A stretch of 64,000 nucleotides of DNA from Lytechinus pictus. Lineage: Eukaryota. Location: the NCBI RefSeq assembly GCF_037042905.1, contig NC_087247.1:29202001-29266000 (forward strand), written 5' to 3'. Position numbers and translations under genes: made by a program. This document shows, piece after piece, positions 42,115-54,100 of this stretch. Within the stretch, counting starts at the first letter, position 1, and each line of letters starts with the position of its first letter. The notes under the pieces were generated by a model. The model saw only the letters and a list, made by a program, of their open reading frames with translations, searched no databases and had not been told where the DNA came from.

Positions 42115-45100
42115 TAGAGAGAGGGGCCTACTAATAGGCATGTGGTGTTTCATAAAGCTGTTCGAAAAATTACGCACAACTTTACGAACGACTGGTACAT
42201 GTTCTTATACATAAATCAGCTTCATAGTGATATATCATATAGCGCAAGAAAGGGTCACCAGTCGTGCGTAAAGTCATTCGAAACTTACGAACTACTTTAT
42301 AAAACGGGCCCCCAGTATATGTGGAGAGTGAAGAACTAATTGAGATGGTTTAGGTGTATACATACATGTATAAGATTTAACAATATTCATTGTTGCATGA
42401 CGGTTTTTCTCGTCAATTTTCAGATAATAATGAGTGCAATTCAGACGAGCATAATTGCGATGATAATGCAGAGTGTTTTAACATCGATGGTTCATTCATC
42501 TGCGAATGCTTACCAGGGTTCTCAGGAAATGGGATACAATGTGAAGGTAGGTCAATCATAAAAGAATATAATCAAAATTATCCCAAGAAACGTTGCTATG
42601 GAAACTGTAGGATGAAAGAGGTTTTGTCGGATAGAACGTCAAACAGGTCCTTTTATGGAAAGACTCACCAAAACTCTTCCCCATAAAAATGCTGTCGCAA
42701 AGTCCATAGAGGGTTTTTCCGTATACTTCGAATTGTTTGCAACACGAAAGGAATCAACCATGATTATTAGGTTATTTCACCTGTTTTCATTTACACAACT
42801 GTAGTACATGTTAACGATTTAATTACTCCACTTTTTTCTTTTTCAAAATAAAAAAAATCCTGAATTTGAACATTTGAACAAATCTCTTGTACATCGGCAA
42901 CTTTTCGATCTAAACTTCAGCTTTGCAAAAATTACCTCAATACTCTAAATATATGCACCTCTGATATGATCATGATAAGTGTCTTTTTCTTTTCTTTTAT
43001 CCTTTTTTTGTTCTAATCTTTTTGCATTTCAGATGTTGATGAATGTTCATCAGCGGAGGATGATTGTGATGAGAATGCAGAATGTATAAACACAGATGGG
43101 TCATTCATATGCGAATGTCTTCCAGGATATTCTGGCAATGGAACTACTTGTGGAGGTATGTCACTCTCTCCTCAATAAAAATAAAATCTTCCTTTATTCA
43201 AGTAAAAACAAAATTAAAAGTGCTCTAATGGAGTGATCGCTGGATATTTTCTAGAATTTACAAGTAATATACCGCTTTGAAATGTATTTAGTAAACCGTT
43301 TAGTATTTATTCTTTAAATTTCTCGATTTTATTTGTTCAATCATAATAGTATAGGTACACTGGTCTATGTTTGATAATATTTACTATCAGCTCTTTTGAC
43401 CAGGATAGACTTCTAGGAACTGAAACATGAAATAACCTTGTTGGGCGATTCCATGCTGTTTTGAACGGACATTTTGACTTCATTAAAAAAAAAATTGAAT
43501 GAAAATAGAAGAATAATTTCTTGATTGATGGTGATCCTCAAGTAGTACCAGCAGGGAAACAATGACCACGACTGTTTAACTTGACTCGATTACGTATCCT
43601 CTACATTTGAATTAAAAGCAATATATAGTACTGGTCGTACGGGACACAAAATATAAGAGAAAAAATAAAGAGAAAATACCATCAAAAGCATAGAATCAGC
43701 CAGATCAAAAGCTTCATTCTCTGTACAACTGATTGTCCCGCTGAACTTATCCCCAGAATGTTTATTCCAGTCTTGGAATCTCTCTATTAGTCCTGCAATT
43801 AGATTTAGCAAAAACAAAATAGCTTAAACAGGATAGATATTACGTTTAGTCTACAGTAACCAATAGTAAGTTGTCATGATCATAGAATATAACTTCTTGT
43901 GCTAGAAATTTTCATGAGTTGATTTTATCGACATGTGAAAATGACTGTGAAAACTTAGATTATGTTTATTATATATACATGTTTATATCCTTTTTCCTCG
44001 TTTTTTAATAACAATTTTCATTGTAGTTTTCGACATCTGCGAAACCCTCACTCCATGCCCCAGCGTTGCCGAGTGCATCAACGAGATCGACAGCTATACA
44101 TGTCAATGTCGTTCTGGTTACGAGACCGTCACATTGTCGACCGGCGTTGACGGCTCGGTCGTGTGTGCTGATGTCGATGAATGCAGCGCGTCGATCACGC
44201 CATGCGATGTCAATGCTGTCTGTATAAACACGGTTGGGAGCTACGAGTGCGTATGTGGTGACGGGTACGCCGGAGATGGCATTTCATGCGAAGGTGAGGA
44301 TTAGAGTTGAAAATGGATTAGCAGTAATAGCAATAATTCTGTCTACTTTCAATTTGGTCTAATTGCCATTTGGTCAACACTACACTTGTTCCAATTTTCA
44401 CTTAGTCTAATTCTCATTTATTCTGATGCCAATTTGGTATAAGTTATAATTTGTCTATTTGTATTTTTGGGGGTCTCACCTACATAGAAGAACGAGACTA
44501 TTGGCGCCGGTTTTCCGACGGCGTCAACATTGAAATCTTAACCAAGATAAAGTTTGTGAAATGTAGTAAAGTATATGTACCTAGTTCATGAAACTTGGAT
44601 ATAAAGATAATGGTGTATCACTAAACGTCCTGCCAAAGATTCAGGTCACATGACTAAGGTCAAAGGTTCTTTAGGGTCAACGAACAAAGTATTTAATTAT
44701 CATGTGATTTTTTTTTGTGTGTGTGAATAATTATTCAATTAGCATTGCTGCTATATTGAATCGTGTAGTGCAGGTGAGACTGCCAGAGGCGTTCCACTTG
44801 TTAACCTTTTCAAATGAAAATTCATCTCCCCATTATAGACTACGTGGTGTTAGGTCAAGTGAATCAACTGCAAATCATAAAGGATCTATTATATTAATGC
44901 TATTTCTTTAAAAAAGCAGACATGTCGCAAGAAATGTTAAAGACTGGTCACACTAAAAAAGGGCGGATCAAGAATTTCATAAGTACAGGGCACATTCTCC
45001 AGAATTGCCTTTACAACAAGCAATTGGCAAAAAATAGGAATTGAAAATTTCCCATTGAATCAAGGGATAACGTTGTCTTTTAAAGATATATGAGCAATAA

Positions 45101-48100
45101 TGACAATTAAAGATTCATAAATTGTTTTCAACTCTGAACAGGGTCTACAGAGAAACAATTCTCATTAAAAAGAGATGACACTCGGCCAATTTCCTGCAAT
45201 TTCCTGGGTACTTGTACCCAATTCCCAATTTTCTGGGTACTTGTACCCAGTACCCTCCCCCTCCCATTCCCTGCGGCGATCTTAAAGGTGTTTGTGACCG
45301 TAGCATAAGATATAACCTGCTATGTGCTATGTCATGTCTACACTAGCCGCCAAAGGTGATCATATTGGTTTCATTAAATTTATTTCAAAGCGTTCTTTAG
45401 AACAACTCGGCTTGGGTTTTCTTTCTATGGTTGTTTATAACTGGGGGCTTCGAGTATACTTAACAAAACATAATGTACGCACTGACATATCAACACACTT
45501 GGCTCATTGCATAATTCATTTAAACTGCTTATTTTCTTATTTGAAGCCCACCAGTTATCGCCGCCGTAAAATTACAGTGCCCTTTTTCATCTATAATGTT
45601 GAACATATTAAACTGATTATACCTTTAATACTAATTTTCCTCATTTTGCAATCAGATGAAAGTATTACACGGGGTATGTTAACATGAAGCATGAACGATA
45701 TTTATTATGCAAACATATATATTATGTTTATTATGGTATGGTATAGATAGATTACGTACACTTAATGCTTTGATTAATGCAGCTGTAGTTGTGTATTCCA
45801 AACTAATGTGTTTGTGAAGTGTCTGCCATTCAATGTGTGTTTTATAAGTGTTTTTGTTATGGCTCCTTCCGTTATCTGTGTATTAATGCAATATTTCTTT
45901 TATTCTCTTTAATAAAACTTGAATTTGGAATCATTATTGTTCATCATACACTTATGTGATTATTATGTTCGTTGAAATGACGTCATTACTCCCGGATGCA
46001 AACACGTTAACCATTTTTCACCACTTCAAAATTCATACGAATGCAGTAGTTCTTTGATAAAGGTTGTTCTTGACAAATTTGCTTGTCTCGATAATCAAAT
46101 TAGCTTGTTTTAATTGTCACCTGCCATCCCGAAACCAACAATAAATCATCCAAAAATTATTTTTTGAAATTATTAATGAGCTTATGAGACTTTTAATGAG
46201 CTGAAATTTGATCAGCAATAAACCACACGAGTACTTGCTCAAATGTAGAAGAAATTTAGCGAGAGCTTAAAAATGAGGAGATAACGAGGTTTGTAGTTCG
46301 TAGTTCAATCGATGTGCAAGCAGTTCGGGAAAATTGTGTTAAGAACCTGTGTTTCTATTTTTATTAAAATTTACAGCTTCAAATTTTGTCAGTATGAAGA
46401 AGAAAAATAATGAATCTTTTTACAGTGTTATTTTTAACTTTTAAAAGCGAAGCTATTTTGGGAGCATTTGCAGAAAAACCCCTCCCTTGCGTCTTATTGT
46501 TGGTTTTGAGGTGGCTAATTACATTTTTAAAACTTGATTTGCAAATAGGATATTCACAAATTGAATATCTTAGTAAATATGAATAAAACATCACTGTCGG
46601 CATTCTCAGTTAGCTTTAGGTTAACTTAAACCAACTCTTCATGGAGTGCTAGTTGTTCACTCTTTCACCAATTAAAAATATTTCTATCATGCGGCTGCAG
46701 CAAACAGTTTAAAAAAAATATGTTATGAAATGGGAATACTATGATATCATGGGTATACAAAGAATTCTAACAAAATTGTGGGGGTACATTATCTTTGCCA
46801 TGAATACGGAAGAAGTAATATGAGACCTAGCATTCCATAGAAGTTTGGACTAAATTAATATTTCTTGTTCTTGTTCTTGTTTAGTCTGAGGTTAAACCTA
46901 GGTATGATTATTAAGATATATCATGATCACCCCATTCATTAATCTGGGATAGCTGAAACAATGTCATTTGATAAAATATGATATCATTCTAAAGATTTTT
47001 TTTCTTCTTTCTTTCTTCGAAAGCTGTTGACCCTTGTCTCTCGTCGCCATGCCAGAACGGAGGGGTTTGTACTTCAGGAGACAATTCATATCAGTGTGAA
47101 TGCCCATCAGACTTTACTGGAATCAATTGCAATACGAAGGTGGTTCAAAATGGTTAGTACTTACAACATTACATTAAGAATGTCTACTACAGATATAAGG
47201 TGAACTCGAACTGTGTTTTGTCTTTTTTTATGTAAACTCTTTCCTTATCATGTGCCGAAGTTTATTCGCCAACGCATCGATTTAAAAGTTTAAAAGTTCT
47301 TGTCCTAATCATTTTCTAATTTTTACTGTTCCCCTCTCGTTTTTAACCCCATCTTTCCCTCTGTTTCCTTCGTTTTCTTCTTCCCTTCTTTCTCCTCCCC
47401 TTCTCTAAATCTCTCGCCTTTTCTGTATCTATATAATCTTTCTATTTTTCTTTCTCATTGGCTCTCCTTTCTTTCTTTTCTGTATTTTTCAATATTGCAT
47501 CTTTATAATATCTATCAATTGTGAGGCGACGTTTAATCTAGTTGCCTAGTCAACGGCGCTTCATGGCTTTAGCTCCTGCTCCTTAAATGCGCTTGGTGCA
47601 TTCAATAAATTAATAGCTCTGCGTGGTACCAATGAACTTCACCTGGGTTGAGTGCAAGTAAAACTTAGATCAATCTCTTGCCGAATGACGCCATGTCTTA
47701 GATTCGAACCCATGACCCTCTGTTTCAAAGGCGAGAGTTAGAACCACCAGACCACATCGCTCAGTATCTACCAAAATCTACCAATCTTCATTTCATGACA
47801 ATGATCCAATTCAAGTTTGAATTCATCTTATTTTTTCTGTTTTCCTTTATTCAAGAACCCATAGAGGTGATAGAGCACCCATCATCCCAGGAGATTGAAT
47901 ACGGCGACAGCATTAGCCTATCGTGTGCCTTCCAGAACGCTGAGAGCTTCACGTGGAAAAAGTCCGAGCAACTCCTCTTAGACAGTACTGACCGGTCGCC
48001 ACTTGTCATCTCCCCTGCCCTTCCCCGGGACCAAGGTTACTACTCCTGCATAGGTTACGGAGAAGATGGGGAAGAGTTGGAGACTGATGCAGCCTTGGTA

Positions 48101-51100
48101 ACAATGACAGGTATAGTGAATCTAGAAATAATTAGGTCATGAATGAAGAAAATATTTTTGTTTTACTTTAAATAACTATCTAAAGATTTCTTCGATACTG
48201 GATATATATAGAATTGGGTAACGCGACATTTGCTCCTCCTGTAAGTTCTCTGAAGATGTACAATACAAGAATTGAAGTTTGGGCTTAATTTTAGCTTAGT
48301 GTTAGGATTTTCCGGAGGAGCAATTGTCGCATGAGAAAATGTTATGAAATCATAAAATTGTCTAGTAATGTATGTACTCAAAGAATTAAATTTAATTAAT
48401 TAAATTTTGAAAACCGAAACAAGCTTTCTCTTCCATTATTTACACAGGATTAGTATCACAGGTTCTAGTAAAATATATTTTCCATGATTTATCAGGTGTT
48501 TCATCTTTCGTTGTAGTATCCAGGTTATATAGACCAGCTCTATCAAGCCTGCTTATGTTCAATCACATATTACGTTCTAATTTAATTTCAAGAGACCATC
48601 GATATCATTGGCAAACGTGAACGTTTTGAACGATTTTGAACGATCCTTAACCAAATATTTTAGATTTAATTTTTAATCAACATCACTATCCTTTAAATCA
48701 CCATTTCAATGATTTGATTTGTGTTATGCAGGTGTAACAAATTACATAGTTACCGCATCATTTGACCTCACATATGAAGACAGCTTAGCAGATCCTAACT
48801 CTGATCTTTTCGTCCAAACGGCAGCAACAATTCAGAATTTTGTGAGTATGAATTTTAAAACCATTTTTTATGTTAAAATCCACCAATGTAGTTGAATCTG
48901 GAACTTTCCAATCAAGTGACAATTCATTGCAAATATTGACGGATGTAAATAACAGAAAATGAAAGCAGAATAAACCATTCATTTTGAAAAAGAAATTGAT
49001 TTACAATTGGCAATATAAATTGCATCATAAGAATATAGGCCACTATAGGAATGAATAAATATGGGGTAAAACGTATACATCGTACATTAGAGAGAGAAAA
49101 TCTAAAGTAATAAATAAATCTATAATGTGTGTTAATAGATGATACTTTTTTTCTATCTAGGTGAATATAGGTCTTCAGAACACTGCCGGATTTTCTTCAC
49201 CACCAGAGGCAAAGGTTAATGCATTAACTTCCGGTAGTGTCATCGCCGAGATAGTCATCTTTGTGACAAACGGAACAGCCGATGAGGTCGGGCAGCTGTC
49301 ACTGGTGGAGACAGCATTGCTATCACAAGCCGAGAGTTCAGATGGGTTTATGGATCCAAGCTCAGTGTCCGTAATGAGTACAGGTTGGTGATGTCACAGT
49401 TGGTACTACTTAAAATCCACCAAAACAAGACCTTACCGTGTGAAAATGGTTGATGCACAGAAAAGAATAATAAGAAATGTTAATTTATTGTATGAAAATA
49501 AATGACATTGATGCGGCACTAAGGGAACAATTTGTTAAAGACCAACAGAACCATCAACAAATAAGAGATTCATGAAATAATTTCATGAATAGAAAACAAC
49601 CAATAGGGTGCCAAAATGATTTTAAATATAACTAATAGAGTGACGAAATGATTTCATGAAAAGACAGCTAACAGGGTGGCGAAATTATTTCATGAAATGA
49701 CAACCAATAGGTTGACGAAATGACTTTATGAAAAGACAACCAATAGGGTGACGAAATGATTTCATGAAATGACAACCAATAGGTTGGCGAAATGACTTTA
49801 TGAAAAGACAACCAATAGGGTGACGAAATGATTTCATGAAATGACAACCAATAGGTTGACGAAATGACTTTATGAAAAGACAACCAATAGGGTGACGAAA
49901 TGATTTCATGAAAAGACAGCCAATAGGGTGGCGAAATTACCTCATGAAATGACAACCAATAAGGTGACGAAATTATTTCATGAAAATACTGCCAATATGG
50001 TGGCGAAATGATTTCATGAAATGACAACTGATCGGGTGACGAAATGATTTCAAATACAACAAATAGGGTGAAGAAATAATTGCAACGACAACCAATAGGG
50101 TGACGATATGATATCAAAGACAACCAAAATGGTGACGAAATGATTTCATGAAAAGCGAATAATTGGGTGACAAAATAATTTCAAAGATAGCCAATAGGGT
50201 GACTCAATTATTTCTAAGACAACCTATAGGGTGACAAATGATTTCAAAGACGACCAACAGGGTGAAAAAATGATTTCAAAGACAACTAATTGTGTGACGA
50301 AATTATTTCAAAGATAAACAATATCACGACAAAATTATTTTAAAGACAAACAATAGGGTGACGATATGAATTTAAAGACAACCAATAGGGTGACTAAATG
50401 ATTTCAAAGACAACCAATAGGGTGACGAAATGATCTTATGAAAAGTGCACAATTGGGTGACAATATTATTTCATGAAAAGACAACTCATAGGGTGGCGAA
50501 ATGATTTCTTGAAATGACAACCAATAGGGCGACGAAACGGTTATATGAAAAGACAACCAATAGGTTGACGAAATGATTTTAAAGTCAATCAATTAAGTAA
50601 CAAAATAATTTCATGAAAAGACAACAACAAACATGATGACAAAATGATTTCAGATATAACTAATAGGGTGACGAAATAATTTCATGAAAAGACAGCTAAT
50701 AGGTTGACGAAATGATTTTATGAAAAGACAACCAATAGGGTGACAAAATGATTTCAAAGACAACTAATTGTGTGACAAAATTATTTCAAAGATAAACAAT
50801 AGAATGACAAAATGATTTCAAAGATAACCAATAGCATGACGAAATTATTTCAAAGATCACCAATAGGTTGACAGAATGATTTCAAAGGCAACCAATAAGG
50901 TGACGAAATTATATAATGAAAAGCGAATAATTGGGTGACAAAATTATTTCATGAAAAGGCAACCTATAGGGTGACGAAATTATTTCATGAAAAGACAACC
51001 AATAGGTTGACAAAATGATTTCAAAGACAACTAATAGCGTGACAAAATTATTTTAAAGACAATCAATATCATGACAAAATTATCTTAAAGACAAACAATA

Positions 51101-54100
51101 GGGTGACGAAATCATTTTAAAGACAACCAATAGGGTGACGATATGATTACATGAAAAGCGCATAATTGGGTGACCAAATTATTTCATGAAAAGACAACCA
51201 ATAGGATGACGAAGTAATTTCATAAAAGGACAACCAATAGGGTGACGAAATGATTTCATGAAAGTACAACCAATAGGGTAACGAAACGATTTAATGAAAA
51301 GACAACCGATAGGGTGCCAAAATGATTTTAAATATAACTAATAGGGTGACGAAATGATTTCATGAAAAGACAGCTAACAGGGTGGCGAAATAATTTCATG
51401 AAATAACAACCTATATGGTGACGAAATTATTTCATCAAAAGACAACCAATAGAATGACGAAGTAATTTCATAAAAGGACAACCAATAGGGTGACGAAATG
51501 ATTTCATGAAAGTACAACCAATAAGGTAACGAAACGATTTTATGAAAAGACAACCAATAGGGTGCCAAAATGATTTTAAATATAACAAATAGGGTAAGGA
51601 AATGATTTCAAAGACAACAAATATGATGATAAAATGATTTCAAAGACAACAAATATGATGATAAAATGATTTCAAAGACAACAAATATGATGATAAAATG
51701 ATTTCAAAGACAACAAATATGATAAAATGATTTCAAAGACAACAAATATGATGATAAATGATTTCAAAGACGACCAATAGGGTAACGAGATGATTTCATG
51801 AAAAACAGCCAATATGGTGGCGAAATGATTTCATGAAATCACAACTAATAGGGTGACGAAATGATTCCAAAGACGACCAATAGGGTGACGAAATGATTTC
51901 AATAAAAGCGAATAATTGGGTGAAGAAATTATTTCATGAAAAGACAACCTAGAGGGTGACGAAATGATTTCATGGAAAGACAACCAATAGGATGACGAAG
52001 TAATTTCATAAAAGGACAACCAATAAGGTGGCAAACAATTTCAAAAACAATCAATAGGGTGACCAAATGGATTTACACAAGACAAATAGGGTGACAAAAG
52101 AGATTTCAAAGACAAGCAATAGGGTGACGAAGTTATTTCAAAGACTATCAATGGGGTGACGAAATTATTAAAAAAACAACCAATAAGGTGACAGAATGAT
52201 TTCAAAGGCAGCCAATAGGGTGACTAAATGATTTCAAAAAACAACCAATAGGGTGACCAAATGGGTTTAAAGACGACCAATAGGGTGACGAAATGATTTA
52301 AAATACAACCAATGGGGTGACAGAATTATTTCAAAGGCAGTCAATGGAGTAACGAAATTATTTCATGAAAAGCGCACAATTGGGTGACGAAATTATTTCA
52401 TGAAAAGACAACCAATAGGGTGGCAAAATAATTTCAAAGATAGCCAATAGGGTGACGAAATTATTTCAAAGACAACCAGTAGGGTGAAGAAATGATTTCA
52501 AAGACAAACAATAGGGTGACGAAATAATTTTAAAGACAACCAATAGGGTGACGAAATGATTTCAAAGACAACCAATAGGGTGACGAAATGATTTCAAAGA
52601 CAAAAAATAGGGTGACGAAATGATTTCAAAGACAACCAATAGAATGACGAAATGATTTTACGATCAGTCAACAAATAGAGTGACAAATTTTTTTCATTGA
52701 TATTCAACCAATAATGCATAAACTGTTTAATATGATTTCATAAATAGTTAACAGCCAATACGGTGCCAAATGATTTCATGAAAAGACAATAACCAACAGA
52801 TTCACGAAATGATTTTATGAACAGTCACAACTTATAGAGTGACAAAATTATTTCAATAATATTCAACAAATAATGAATAAACTGTTTGATATTAGTGGTT
52901 TGATTAATGGTCTGCAACCATTAGAATGCGATTATGAATTTTTTATCGAAATAGATATACATATACATCCTTATTGTCCCGAGATGGTGAATGAAAATTG
53001 TTCTTTTATTTATGTTTCTAGTAACGTGTCCTTTTCTCACCTGGATGTCTCCATATGGTGCTGTCAACTTTATAACGGGTCCCGTCGACTCCGAAGCTCT
53101 CTCCACTGGATTGTGTCCTTCATATAAATTAAATCGTATGTACAAGACTCTCATTCCTCATTTCCTTTCTTTTTATACAAACTCAGTAAATCTCTCGAAT
53201 CCAGTATAGTAGCAGATTCTTTTAAATTACCTGCTTCCATCAATGTCTGCATTTAGCGATTAATATAACAAAAATATTTTTTTTCATTAAGCACACTTCC
53301 TTTTCATCCCTTTCTCAAATTGTAAAGATGATAGCCATGAATTAAAACCCGATAGATTCCAGATTAATAGAAGCATAATTACCCACCCAAAACTTTAAGC
53401 TTGTTCTTACACTACTACAGACTGATAGTAGATCATCAAGGAGGCTTTCTTTAAAAAAAAATGTGTTTAGATATATCCCCTGTTTGTTTTGCCGTGAGTT
53501 TGATATGGCCAAACTACACTTTCAAATAACAAAGAAAAGAAACAGTGATTGGACGGTCTTTTCTTGTTAGTTTTATTCATGTCATCATGTTTGGTTTTAT
53601 TATATGTCTAGATGGCCAGCCGATTGGTAGGGCTCTTTGTGTAGGAGATGGATTGTCACCGAGCTACTGGGATCCTGCGGATAACTGTGGAAGAAACCTG
53701 ACAGCCGACGAACAACTTATTCTGCTAGAAGAGGTAGATTTCTCATAAATGCCTTTTCTATTATTTCGGCGGTAGTATGTAGTTGTACTTTTCATTTGAC
53801 ATTTCACTATACATAAACGCTTTAGTAATGCAAACACATAGAATTAAGATTTTTTTTTATGACGAATATTGCAATTTGTCATGATTTCTTTCCACTAAAT
53901 TGCTTGAAGCACATTTACACGTTCACCCGTTTTCTATTTTCAGTGCATGTAGATAATTAAAGATTTAATTCGTTAGTTGCTTTCCAGTGGTGACAAAATC
54001 GGACAATATAAGCTACTATATACATTATTCTAATGCTGAGTAATGTATTGAAAATTAAAATGACTGTATCAGACATGTAATAGGAGGAAATGCTCGATTT

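Noticed and set aside
49668-52034. Minus-strand ORFs of repeated [12 protein letters not shown]
   Set aside because: By-product of the 36-bp minisatellite unit; the frame breaks wherever 32-bp units occur
49570-52860. CRISPR-like periodicity
   Set aside because: Head-to-tail degenerate repeats with no unique spacers; eukaryotic intron; no cas genes
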